64,000 nucleotides of DNA from Longimicrobiales bacterium (GTDB taxonomy: Bacteria; Gemmatimonadota; Gemmatimonadetes; Longimicrobiales; Gaopeijiaceae). Location of the stretch: positions 3,456,001-3,520,000 of the forward strand of contig OZ250165.1 of NCBI GenBank assembly GCA_965238005.1, in the 5' to 3' direction. Positions 50,086-59,652 of this stretch are shown piece by piece. Numbering within the stretch: the stretch's first letter is position 1; each line of letters opens with the position of its first letter. Made by a program: the position numbers and the translations under genes. The notes beneath the pieces are model-generated. The model had not been told where the DNA came from and made no database searches. It saw only the letters and a program-made list of their open reading frames with translations.

Positions 50086-51134
50086 GACGGCCTCCCCGAG
50101 CCCACGGGGAAGCGCGCCTGGAGATCGACCAGGACGGCCTCGGCCGTCGGTCTCGCTCCGAGTCCCTTGCCCTGGTGCGTACAGACCTCGCCGTTGGCCA
50201 GGTGATAAGTGTACGCGACCTCGTCACAACGGACGTCCAGCGTGCTGCCCTTGCGCACCGCCCTGTAGCTCAGCGTGCTGGGCCCACCCCTGCGCGCTCG
50301 TCCCACCAGGCGCGTGGTGAGTTCTTCCCCTGCCCGCTGTCTGACGACCTGGGGATCCACGTCACGGAGATCCTGGGCCGCCACGAGCTCTGCGGGACAA
50401 CCGGTCAAGGCCGCCTGCACCACCGACAGCTTCACGGCAGCGTCTACACCTTTCAGGTCGAGCTCCGGATCCGCCTCCAGGAATCCACGCTCGTCGGCCG
50501 CGGCCAACCCGTCCTCGAAGGAGCCTCCCTCTTCCATGACCTCGATGATGGCCGTGGTAGAGGCACTGCCGGCGAAGGCGGCCTCGATCCAGTCGTCCCT
50601 GAGCTCGTCCACCGACTCGAGGAGCTGTCGGCCGGTGCCACCGAGAACCGCGTTGATTCCGACCCGTCCGTCCAGAGCCGGATCGCTCCAGCGGTCGATG
50701 TGCGAGGCCGCAGCGTCCTTGGCTGCCAGGATGAGGCCCTTGCCGCGGCGGACCACCGCCTCGTCGAGGATCTCACCCCACTCGTGGCGGCCGAAGTCGG
50801 TCGCCGTGATGTCCACGACCACATCGGCATCGACCTCGAGGAGTGCGGCGTCCAGAGGCAGAGGTCGGCCTCCGCAGGCCGAAGCGAGGGTCTCGCCGGT
50901 CTCCTTAGCCGCGATCACCGCCTCGCGGTCCAGCCCGTCGGCTCGGCTGACCGTCCCACTGCTGTCGGTCACACCTGCGAGCGTGTGGCCCGTGTGGCCG
51001 AGGAGGCCCAAGAAGGCGCACCCTACGCGACCTGGTCCGAGCAGGTGAACGGTGGGCGAAGGTCCGGTGGTCCGGTAGGCGTCGAGGGTCGCTGTCGACA
51101 AGCGACGGCCCGAGACGCCGATCTGCTGGCTCAT
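50082..51134 (-). CDS. hom: Homoserine dehydrogenase (monofunctional)
   Basis: LLGPGRVG, GFLEADPELDLKGVDAAVKL and GKGLGARPTA; first gene of the met operon. Confidence 0.82.
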   Translation of the reverse strand: MSQQIGVSGRRLSTATLDAYRTTGPSPTVHLLGPGRVGCAFLGLLGHTGHTLAGVTDSSGTVSRADGLDREAVIAAKETGETLASACGGRPLPLDAALLEVDADVVVDITATDFGRHEWGEILDEAVVRRGKGLILAAKDAAASHIDRWSDPALDGRVGINAVLGGTGRQLLESVDELRDDWIEAAFAGSASTTAIIEVMEEGGSFEDGLAAADERGFLEADPELDLKGVDAAVKLSVVQAALTGCPAELVAAQDLRDVDPQVVRQRAGEELTTRLVGRARRGGPSTLSYRAVRKGSTLDVRCDEVAYTYHLANGEVCTHQGKGLGARPTAEAVLVDLQARFPVGSGRPS

Positions 51135-51238
51135 GCTTCTCACTCCTGTTCCATGACCGTGGGGAACGAGGAGCGCTGGCGGATGATCCGATCGCACCGG
51201 AAGCCACGACCAGGGAAGGTCGGGGACTCGGACGCGAG

Positions 51239-51356
51239 TTCATCTTTCGGTGAACCTTGGTTCCCGCAGGACTTGGCACCGTTCCGAGGGCTGCGTAATC
51301 CCCCGAAGGTTGCCCCGGCGTCGTAGGGCCTGCCCCTCAGCCGGTCTCGATGATGA
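51239..51356 (-). ncRNA. SAM-I (S-box) riboswitch
   Basis: (-) TCATCGAGACCGGCTGAGGGGCAGGCCCTACGACGCCGGGGCAACC...GGTGCCAAGTCCTGCG...AAAGATGA, upstream of hom-metX-metB. Confidence 0.9.
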
Positions 51357-51439
51357 CCCGGAGGATATACGACGTGCTGGGATACGTCAACGGGGATGAA
51401 TTTTCTTCCAGCCGTTCAGTCAATGGTGTCGTATTATTC

Positions 51440-51582
51440 GGCGCCGCCACCTTCGGTGATGACGACATGGTCTCTACGGTGGATGACATGTTGGCATTCG
51501 ATCAGGCGCTACGCTCCGGTCAACTCCTGACTTCCGAGACCCTGGAGCGTGCGCTCACCCCCGTGATTCTCAAGAGTGGTAG
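51440..51582 (+). pseudogene. Serine hydrolase (beta-lactamase-like) fragment
   Basis: GDDDMVSTVDDMLAFDQALRSGQLL...ALTP. Confidence 0.5.
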
Positions 51583-51699
51583 AGCTCGAGAACGCCTGGA
51601 CGAGCGAGCACGCGACCCTGGTGATAGCTCTCGGACAAATGCCACCGGCCGTAGCAACCTTTACGGCGCCGCCCCTCTTCACGATCGCGCCCACGAAGT

Positions 51700-51850
51700 T
51701 CACGGGCCGGGATGTGGACCGAGGCATCGATGCTGAACCCGCCGGAGGCTTGCCAAGTGAGCATGTCGTCGGTGACGTGGCGTTCGAGCAGACCGTGGCG
51801 GTGGAAGTAACGGAGCACGCGCGAGGTGGTGCTGGACCAGCGGGTAGAGC
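51700..51850 (-). mobile_element. IS91-like transposase fragment
   Basis: RVLRYFHRHGLLE...DMLTWQASGGFSIDASVHI. Confidence 0.6.
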
Positions 51851-52016
51851 GGCGTCTGAGTGGGACGGCGCCGGCGGTAGACGGGCCCACAGTTTGGTGC
51901 GGTGGGCCGAAGGGGCGGCCCTGATCGAGAGCGGACCCGAGTGCGCCGCGACGTGGGGTGCATCCCGGACGGTGAGTACAGTCCGGTGGCGGCAACATGG
52001 CGCGGCAGGCCTAGCT

Positions 52017-52075
52017 ATCGTACGTATACTCACGACATAAAGATACGTATACATCCGAAGAGCACCTTGGCGAGC
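52017..52075 (-). repeat. ~60 bp palindrome-containing segment, copy B (see 6139-6199)
   Basis: ATCGTACGTATACTCACGACATAAAGATACGTAT...GAGCACCTTGGCGAGC. Confidence 0.7.
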
Positions 52076-52320
52076 ATCCTATCGAGCGATCGGCTGCGGA
52101 CAGCCTCACCATCGTGGCGGAGGAGGACACCGCCCCCATCTGTGCCCCGCCGGAGACCGCCAGATCGCCGCTCGGAACGACGGCCGCGCCTTTACCAGGC
52201 GAAGTGGGTGGTGAGCAGCATGATCGACATGCCGGACTGATCGCGGGACGAGGCCGCGCGACGTCTGCTGCGCTCTCGGTGGGGCGGTGGCCCCGTCCCG
52301 ACCCCCCGTCTGCCCGTGCC

Positions 52321-53076
52321 TCAGATCGTTTCGAGCACCTCTACGCGGACCCAGCCGACCTTGCCATCCTCCAGAACCACCTCGGCCCATTCTTCGGCAC
52401 GGCGGTCCACCCTTACCTTGGTGCCTTCGTGGACCGTGAAGATCGTGAGTGTCTCGTCGTCGACGGGAGCGCTCATGACGTCCACCTGCGGCTCCAGGAC
52501 TACCGCCTCTTCCGCCTGACCGATCTCCAGCTCCCGGATGGCCAGATTGAGCCCCAGGACCAACAGGACCCCACCGGTACCGAGCGCCACGCGTCCGCCC
52601 CAGACCGCGGAAGGCGCTCCGCGCCTAAGGATGAGCACGATCACACCGCTCATGGCGGCGACGTACGCCGAGACCACCAGAAGGACGAGGAGTGATCTGG
52701 GCAGGAGGTCGACCCACCAGCTCCAGGCGTCCAGCACCCAGAACCTCGGGAGAGGCTCGATCTCGTCGGCCGTGAGCGACCGGGCCAGATCCAGGTTCGC
52801 CCGCACGTCCTCGTCACGGGGGAGGAGGCGCCGGGCCCGCTCATAGTAGAGGATGGCGCGTGCCAGATCGCCGCCCTTGAAGTACGCATTCCCGATGTTG
52901 TAGTAGACCTGTCCGCTCTCGAAGCCGGCCTCGACCACCCTCAGGTAGCTGGAGAGGGCTCCCTCGAAGTCGCCCTCCTGATAGAGCCGGTTGCCCTCCT
53001 GGTAGAACTCCACCTGAGCGGATCCGGCCCCGGGAACGAAGACCGCCAGAGCAGAGAGCAGCAAAGCGGCCCTCAT
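52321..53076 (-). CDS. batE: BatE-like TPR + SH3 protein
   Basis: GNRLYQEG, YYNIGNAY, AILYYERA, two TMs, VHEGTKV and DGKVGWV. Confidence 0.85.
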   Translation of the reverse strand: MRAALLLSALAVFVPGAGSAQVEFYQEGNRLYQEGDFEGALSSYLRVVEAGFESGQVYYNIGNAYFKGGDLARAILYYERARRLLPRDEDVRANLDLARSLTADEIEPLPRFWVLDAWSWWVDLLPRSLLVLLVVSAYVAAMSGVIVLILRRGAPSAVWGGRVALGTGGVLLVLGLNLAIRELEIGQAEEAVVLEPQVDVMSAPVDDETLTIFTVHEGTKVRVDRRAEEWAEVVLEDGKVGWVRVEVLETI

Positions 53077-54917
53077 GACAGCCCCTCCTGGACGGCGGTC
53101 ATGGCCCTGGCCGCCCGCTCGAAGAACGCGGCCCGCTCCTCGTCGCCGGAGCCCGGGGGAGCGAAGCGCGCCCGGTCGCACGCGCCCAGGCACTCCAGGT
53201 ATTCCTCGACCGCATCCGGTGAAACCCCACGCTCGCGGAGCTCGGACTCGGCGCTGTCGGACATGAAACCGGCCTCGGCGACGTTGAGCTTGTCGGCGAG
53301 GAAGCCCCGCAGGGCCCGCTCAACCTCCGCGTAGAAGCCCCGTGCATCATCCCCGGACATGGCCGACTGCGCCCGGGCCAGGCGCTTCCTCGCTACGCGG
53401 CTGGCCCGACGCCCCCGGGCGTACGCCACGTCGCCTTCCAGGCGGTCCTGGTGCCACCTGATGCCCAACGCCCCGATCATGGCGACCAGGGGGAGCAGTG
53501 TCACCATCCAGAAGCCCGGAGAGTCGAAGATCGAGCTGTGGGCCACGGCGAAGCGCGGCGGGGCGATCTGGATGAACCGGATATCCTCCCGAAGCGTCTC
53601 CACGCCGGTGCGTACATCGGGCGCGATCACCACGGCGTCCCCGGTCACCTCCAGAGCCAACGGGTCGGTCGCTGCCGTGGCGTAGCGCCCACTCCCCGCA
53701 TCGAAGTAGCCCATCTCGATGGAGGGGATCGTCTTCTCGCCCGGCGTCCTAGGGATCAGAACGTAATCGTAGGTCCTGGTCCCGCTGATGCGAGTCCCGC
53801 TTCGGTCGATGGACTCCGACACCTCCGGAGGGAAGACCTCGAAGTCACGGGAGAAGTCGATCGTGGGCGCCGCGAGCGCTCGCAGGTTCCCTTCGCCGGA
53901 GACCGTAACGGACAGCGTCACCGCCTCGTTCGTCTCTACATCGGTTCGATCGACGGAAGCCGTGACGTCGAGCCGGCCCACCAGACCGGTGAAGCTCTCG
54001 GGCTGGCCGGCCTCGGGCAGCGGCAGCACCTCGATGTCCACGGGGTCGGACGCCACCACAGTGGGCACCAGTGAGCCGAACAGAGAGCTGCGGTTGAAGA
54101 AATCCTCGAAGGGGTCCCGTGACCGCTGCTGCACCCTGATCCTGGCTTCCACGCTGAGGGGCTCGACGGTCTTGGTTCCGGGCCCCGTGGGGAAGAGCAC
54201 GACGTGCCTGAGGACAGCCGTGGCGTACTGTGTTCCATCCCTCACCACCTGCTCAACCTGGGGGCTCTGCGTCTGGGGAACGTCCTCCACCCAGAAGCCC
54301 TCGCTCCCCGCAGTCTGCGTGATGCTGTAGGAGCTGACGTTGACGCGCGTGAAGAGGCGGTACTGCACCACGACGGGCTCGTTCTCGTAGACCCGGCGCT
54401 TGCTGACCTCGGCCACCACGAACAGGTCCTCGGAGCTCACGCCGGAGGGGTCCTCGGGGGGAGGGCCGGCACCCGGCGGAGGTGGCGGGGCGGCGGACAC
54501 GGTGAGCGTCACCGGCTCGGTCCCGAGAACCCGTCCCCCCGCCCGAACCGTGACGGGGCCGATGTCGAAGGTGCCTTCCTCGACGGCCTGGTAGCGATAC
54601 TGGACGATCAGCGAGACCGTGGTGACCCCGTTGATCATCTGCATGTTGGTGGAGCTGCTGGCGCCCAGGTAGCGGGCGAAGCTCCCCATGACCGGAAGCT
54701 CCGGATCGCTGTCGGTCCGCTGCGTGCCCGTCACCTCGACGTTGAGCACGAACTGCCTGTTGAGGCCCACCGTGGTGGGGGTGAGGAAGGCTCGGGCAGT
54801 CACTTCCTGGGCCACAGTGTGGGCCGGGGCCAGCGTGGCAAGAAGGAGCGCGACCCCCAACAAGGGCCACGATCCCTTCCTCGAGATCACCCACGACACG
54901 GTGTGAACCACGCTCAT
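53073..54917 (-). CDS. batD: BatD family protein (as assembled, fused in frame to batC)
   Basis: Own ATG and signal peptide at 54917; SSTNMQMINGV, VYENEPV, FTGLVG, GEGNL and YFD. Confidence 0.85.
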   Translation of the reverse strand: MSVVHTVSWVISRKGSWPLLGVALLLATLAPAHTVAQEVTARAFLTPTTVGLNRQFVLNVEVTGTQRTDSDPELPVMGSFARYLGASSSTNMQMINGVTTVSLIVQYRYQAVEEGTFDIGPVTVRAGGRVLGTEPVTLTVSAAPPPPPGAGPPPEDPSGVSSEDLFVVAEVSKRRVYENEPVVVQYRLFTRVNVSSYSITQTAGSEGFWVEDVPQTQSPQVEQVVRDGTQYATAVLRHVVLFPTGPGTKTVEPLSVEARIRVQQRSRDPFEDFFNRSSLFGSLVPTVVASDPVDIEVLPLPEAGQPESFTGLVGRLDVTASVDRTDVETNEAVTLSVTVSGEGNLRALAAPTIDFSRDFEVFPPEVSESIDRSGTRISGTRTYDYVLIPRTPGEKTIPSIEMGYFDAGSGRYATAATDPLALEVTGDAVVIAPDVRTGVETLREDIRFIQIAPPRFAVAHSSIFDSPGFWMVTLLPLVAMIGALGIRWHQDRLEGDVAYARGRRASRVARKRLARAQSAMSGDDARGFYAEVERALRGFLADKLNVAEAGFMSDSAESELRERGVSPDAVEEYLECLGACDRARFAPPGSGDEERAAFFERAARAMTAVQEGLS

Positions 54918-54925
54918 CGCTTGGC

Positions 54926-55658
54926 CTACCAGGGTTGGTTTCTTCGGCCGGCGACCCCGGGCGGGTTGGGCCGGGCGTCGGTTCACATCGTCCGGATCTT
55001 CCTGGACGGCTTGCAGCAGCCGCTCAGCTTCCTCCTGGCTCATCTGGCCGGGAGCCTCCTGAGGCTGTTGCTGCGCCTCCTCCTCGGACTCCTGCTCCTC
55101 GGGAGAGTCCTGCGGTGGCTGCTCCTGACTCTGATCCTGGGGGTCCTGCTCTCCCTGTTGTTGCTGGTCCTGATCCTGGTCCTCGGGCTCTCCTTCGCTG
55201 TCCTGCTGCTGGTCCTGTTGCTGCTGTTGAAGCTGCTCCAGGACTCGCTCCAGGTTGTGCTTGTAGTCCGCCTCCCCGGGGAGGATGCGGAGGGCCTGTT
55301 TGTAGGCTTCCAGGCTCTCTTCCAGCTGTTGGCCGCGATAGAGGGCGTTGCCGAGGTTGTACCAGGCCGGTCCTGCCAGGGACGGGTCTCCGCTCTCGAT
55401 GGCCTGGCGATAGGCGTCGAGAGCCCTCTGGTACTCCTCGGTCTGGTAGAGGGCATTGCCGTCGTTGAAGATGACCAGGGGCGAATTCGGCGCATCCCGT
55501 AACGCCTCGAGATACCTCTCGTGCGCCTCCTCGAAGAGACCCTCCTCGTAGAGACGGTTGCCTTCGTTCACCTGGGTACGACCCCGTTGGGCGGCTGCTC
55601 CGGAAGGCAATCCTGCAAACAACACAGCGGCCGTCACGAGTCCAAGGCTCAGCCTCAT
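54926..55658 (-). CDS. batC: BatC-like TPR protein with a Q/E-rich tail
   Basis: GNRLYEEG, YNLGNALY, AYKQALR, HNLE and MSQEEAERLL; expected KKPW* end shifted by an AACC duplication. Confidence 0.82.
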
Positions 55659-56686
55659 GAGAACCTCCCCGCCCATGCCTCTTCCTTCCGTCGTCGGTCA
55701 GACACGAGGCCCTCCGCCAACAGAAGCAGTAGCGCCATCCCGAGGAAGATCTGGAACTGCTCCTCGAATTGAGTCACCTCCCGGGCCTCCAGCTCCCGGC
55801 CATCGCCGCCTGTGATCACGTCGATGAGGGGGTCCAGATTCGCCCCAGGACCCGCGGCCGGGAAGTACCGGCCCCCGGTGGCCCGGGAGATGCGCTGCAG
55901 CGTCGCCTCATCAAGACGGGTGGTCACCACGTTCCCCTCGGCATCCCGCTTGAAGCCCCTCCGTACTCCAGCCTCGTCCACCTCCGGGATGGGGACGCCC
56001 TCCAGGGACCCGATCCCCACCGTGTGAATCTGAACCCCTTCCTGCACCGCGCGCTCCAAGGCGCTGTCGACCTCACCCTCGTGGTCCTCGCCGTCGGTGA
56101 CGATCAGCAGAACCCGGTGGTCGCGGGTGCCCTCCTCGAAGGCGTCGAGGGCCACCGTCAGGGCCTCACCCAGGTCGGTTCCCTGGATGGGAATCAGGCC
56201 GGGCTCCATCGAGTTCAGAAACATGGCCGCCGCACCGTAATCCACCGTCAGAGGTGCTTGCACGAAGGCGTTCCCGGCGAAGGCAACCAGGCCGATGCGG
56301 TCACCATCCAGGCGCAGGAGAATTCGCATGATCTCGAGCCGGGCCCTCTCCAACCGGTTCGGGGTGACGTCCTCGGCGAGCATGGACAGCGATACGTCAA
56401 GGGCCACCATCACGTCCTGCCCCTGGCTTCGAACGGTCTCTACGCGGGTCCCGAACTGGGGCCGAGCCAGTGCCAGCACCAGGAACGCCACGGCAACCAA
56501 CAACAGGACGCTCTTGGCCGTCCTACCCCGCCGGCTCACGGTCGCGCTCAGCTTCCGAACCAGCTCCAGGTCGCCGAAACGTGCCAGGGCCTGTCTGCGT
56601 GCTTTGAGCGCTCCCCAGAAGAACGCAGCCAGAGCTGGGACCAGGAGCAGTCCGAAGAGCGTCTCGATGGATGCGAAGCGGAACAC
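55655..56686 (-). CDS. batB: BatB-like VWA domain protein
   Basis: ALARPQFG, DVSLSMLAED, PLTVDY and TDGEDHEG. Confidence 0.88.
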   Translation of the reverse strand: MFRFASIETLFGLLLVPALAAFFWGALKARRQALARFGDLELVRKLSATVSRRGRTAKSVLLLVAVAFLVLALARPQFGTRVETVRSQGQDVMVALDVSLSMLAEDVTPNRLERARLEIMRILLRLDGDRIGLVAFAGNAFVQAPLTVDYGAAAMFLNSMEPGLIPIQGTDLGEALTVALDAFEEGTRDHRVLLIVTDGEDHEGEVDSALERAVQEGVQIHTVGIGSLEGVPIPEVDEAGVRRGFKRDAEGNVVTTRLDEATLQRISRATGGRYFPAAGPGANLDPLIDVITGGDGRELEAREVTQFEEQFQIFLGMALLLLLAEGLVSDRRRKEEAWAGRFS

Positions 56687-56696
56687 CTGTCGTCCC

Positions 56697-57686
56697 CTAC
56701 GGCAGCTTCCGGAGAACCGTCTGACCCAAGCCCACCTCCAGGACCAGTAGAAGGAGCCCCGCGGCCAGCGGGTAGTGGAATAGCTCCCCATACCTGGTGA
56801 AGTTCTGAACCTCGATCTCGGTCGTCTCCAACTCGTCGATCTCGCGGTAGATCTCGGCGAGGCTCTCCGTGTCCGCGGCCCGGAAGTATCGGCCACCGGT
56901 GAGCGTGGCTATCTCCTGGAGCGTGGGCTCGTCCACGTCCACCTGGATGTTCACGTAGCGACGACCCAGGGTGGGATCGTTCACGGGCACCCGCGCCGTC
57001 CCGCGGCTCCCTGCACCGATGGTGTAGACCTTCACCCCCAGGGCCCGGGCCATCTGAGCTGCCGTCACCGGGCCGATCTCCCCCGTGTTGCTGCGTCCGT
57101 CGGTGAGGAGGACGACCACCTTGGACTCTGCATCTGAGGCCCGAAGGCGCTTCACGGCGGTGGCGAGCCCCATCCCCACGGTGGTCCCGTCCTCGATCAT
57201 GCCCACCTCCATCTGCCCCAGGAGGTCCGTGACGACGGAGTAGTCCAGCGTCAGAGGTGCTTGCGTGAAGGCCTGTCCGGCGAACACCACGAGCCCGATG
57301 CGATCGTTCCGCCGGCCCAAGACGAAATCGGCCGCCACGGCCTTGGCCGCCTCTATCCGGTTGGGGTCGAGATCTTCGGCCAGCATGGAACTGGAGATGT
57401 CGATGACCAGGACGATGTCGATGCCCTCGGCCGTGACCGTCTCGCTCGTGACCCCAGTCTGCGGGCGGGCGAAAGCGACGATGAGGGCGCCGAAAGCGAT
57501 CACCCGAAGGACGAATAGGCCATGGCGGAATCGGCCCGTCCTCCCGACATCCGATCGCCTCAACGACTCGACGTTGGAGTACCGAATGGTCCCTGACCGC
57601 CGCTTCCGGCGTGCCACGAAGCCATACACCATGACGGGGATGATCAGGAGCAGGATCAACAGCCAGGGATCTTCGAATCGGTACAT
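56697..57686 (-). CDS. batA: BatA-like VWA domain protein
   Basis: ARPQ, DISSSMLAED, PLTLDY, TDGRSN and TGGRYFRA. Confidence 0.9.
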   Translation of the reverse strand: MYRFEDPWLLILLLIIPVMVYGFVARRKRRSGTIRYSNVESLRRSDVGRTGRFRHGLFVLRVIAFGALIVAFARPQTGVTSETVTAEGIDIVLVIDISSSMLAEDLDPNRIEAAKAVAADFVLGRRNDRIGLVVFAGQAFTQAPLTLDYSVVTDLLGQMEVGMIEDGTTVGMGLATAVKRLRASDAESKVVVLLTDGRSNTGEIGPVTAAQMARALGVKVYTIGAGSRGTARVPVNDPTLGRRYVNIQVDVDEPTLQEIATLTGGRYFRAADTESLAEIYREIDELETTEIEVQNFTRYGELFHYPLAAGLLLLVLEVGLGQTVLRKLP

Positions 57687-58777
57687 CAGGCCCCCTCGGC
57701 TCCCGCCGTCTCGAGGACCGGCCCCTCAGGGTCCCGGAGATCGTCGGGTCCCTCGGAGTCCTGCGAACCCGCCTGGGCACGGTCGTCCCCCTCGGCACCC
57801 AACTCGCCCGACATCGGCGCGGTGGTGAAGTCCTCGACTCGTGGCCGCGTGCGATCCACCAACTCGCGGGCCGCCACAATCACCCGACGGCAGTCGTCGG
57901 GGGCCGGCCGAAGCTTCGCGAATTTCACCAGGTCGCATCGGCCCAAGAAGTCGGCGAAGGCGGCCAGCGTATCGTCGGCGAGTCGGGTCTCCCCGAGGCC
58001 GTCCATCACTTCCCCCGTGGTCATTTCCAGGGCAAAGACGTCGAAGCGGCCCTCTACGTAGGTTCGGATGATCTCCGACACGAGGATGTGGTACTCCTTG
58101 ATCTCCCCCCGCTCCAGCAGATTCGAGCTGTCCAGGCGATCGAGGGCCTCGTACGCCTCCTCGTGGGGAAGCCGGGGAATGATGACCGGCCGCCGGCGTG
58201 TGGCCTCCTCCCCTCGGCTCAGCCTCCGCCAGAGCCAGAACGCCACAAAGCCCAGTGCCACCAGCAGGAGAAGCCAGGGCAGGAAATAGAGGACGCTGAT
58301 AGGGATCCCCAGGGGTCCCCGGATGGCCCGGATGTCTCCCCCCTCGTCCAGGCCGACGCTGTGCACGGCCACCCCGTACGGATCGGTGGACACGAGCGTG
58401 GAGGATCCGTCTGGAGCCTCCACGCCAAAGTCGAAGGCGGGGACCTCCAGATCGCCGAGCTCGAAGACCGTCAGCGTGAATCGAGCGCCCGTGACAATGC
58501 GGCCCTCGACGCTGTTGGGGGCCAGGAGCTCGGCGCCGAGGATCTCGAAGGGATCCAGGGACAGGGAGTCGGGCCAGACCACTGTCTCCTCGGGAGAGTG
58601 CTCCACCGTCACCCTGAGCTGTAGTCGGTCACCCACACTGACGAGCGTCGTGTCCAAAGACGTGCGTACACGCGGCGCCTGGGCTGTGGCAGCGCTCGGC
58701 GCCTGGGCTGAGGTGGCGCTTGGCGCCACCGCCGCAAGCGCCGCCGCCAAGAGGAGTGCCGACCCGCGCGCCCTCAT
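57686..58777 (-). CDS. Bat-cluster membrane protein (DUF4381/BatD-like)
   Basis: Signal peptide, Ig-like domain, DIRAIRGP-TM, ALEMTT and DLVKFAK. Confidence 0.8.
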   Translation of the reverse strand: MRARGSALLLAAALAAVAPSATSAQAPSAATAQAPRVRTSLDTTLVSVGDRLQLRVTVEHSPEETVVWPDSLSLDPFEILGAELLAPNSVEGRIVTGARFTLTVFELGDLEVPAFDFGVEAPDGSSTLVSTDPYGVAVHSVGLDEGGDIRAIRGPLGIPISVLYFLPWLLLLVALGFVAFWLWRRLSRGEEATRRRPVIIPRLPHEEAYEALDRLDSSNLLERGEIKEYHILVSEIIRTYVEGRFDVFALEMTTGEVMDGLGETRLADDTLAAFADFLGRCDLVKFAKLRPAPDDCRRVIVAARELVDRTRPRVEDFTTAPMSGELGAEGDDRAQAGSQDSEGPDDLRDPEGPVLETAGAEGA

Positions 58778-59652
58778 CGGAACCGCCTCTCCCGCTCCTT
58801 GAAAAAGCGCATGAGGGGCTGGACGTAGGACTCGTCCGTCTGGATGTCGATGACGTCGACCCGGCTACGCCGGAAGGTGCGCTCGAGGCCCTCCCGGACC
58901 CTGGCCGACCGCCCCTCGAACGCGGTGCGGAAACGCGCGTCGGAGGTGTTCACCAGGAACAGCTCGCCCGTCTCGGCATCCTCGAACTCCACATATCCGA
59001 GTGGCGGGAGCGACTCCTCCCGCTGATCGCCCAGGCGCACGGCGATGAGATCGTGCCGTCTCCCCGCCACCGACAGGGGCTTCTCGAACCCCTCGGACAT
59101 GAAGTCGGATACGAGGAACGCCACCGCCCGGCGCCGCACCACGTGAGTCAGGTATTCGAGTGCTCCGGCGATGTCGGTCCCCCGGCCCTCGGGCCTGTGG
59201 TAGAAGAGCTCCCTGAGCACGCGGAGCACGTGGGCGCGGCCCTTCCGGGGAGGCACGAACTTCTCGATGCGGTCGCTGAAGATGATCAGGCCGACCTTGT
59301 CGTTGTTCTTGATGGCACTGAAAGCCAGGAGTGCGCAGATCTCGACGGCGATCTCGCCCTTCATCCGCTCCCGGGTTCCGAAGTCGCCCGAGGCGCTCAC
59401 GTCCACCACCAGCATGACGGTGAGCTCGCGCTCCTCCTCGAAGACCTTCACGAAGGGGTGTCCGGTGCGGGCCGTGACGTTCCAGTCGATGCTTCGGATG
59501 TCGTCTCCGTACTGGTACTCCCGGACCTCGGCGAAATTCATCCCACGGCCCTTGAATACTGAATGGTACTCGCCTGAGAAGACCTCGTTGACGAGGCCCC
59601 GGGTGGTGATCTCGACCCGGCGGACCTTCTTGAGGATGTCTCGCGGGATCAC
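58774..59652 (-). CDS. DUF58 domain protein
   Basis: GEYHSVFKGRG, VREYQYGDDIRSIDWNVTAR, EERELT and DVSAS. Confidence 0.93.
   Translation of the reverse strand: MIPRDILKKVRRVEITTRGLVNEVFSGEYHSVFKGRGMNFAEVREYQYGDDIRSIDWNVTARTGHPFVKVFEEERELTVMLVVDVSASGDFGTRERMKGEIAVEICALLAFSAIKNNDKVGLIIFSDRIEKFVPPRKGRAHVLRVLRELFYHRPEGRGTDIAGALEYLTHVVRRRAVAFLVSDFMSEGFEKPLSVAGRRHDLIAVRLGDQREESLPPLGYVEFEDAETGELFLVNTSDARFRTAFEGRSARVREGLERTFRRSRVDVIDIQTDESYVQPLMRFFKERERRFR

Noticed and set aside
55040..55240. CTG/CAG-rich tandem-like repeat
   Set aside because: Encodes the ordinary Q/E/D-rich BatC linker.
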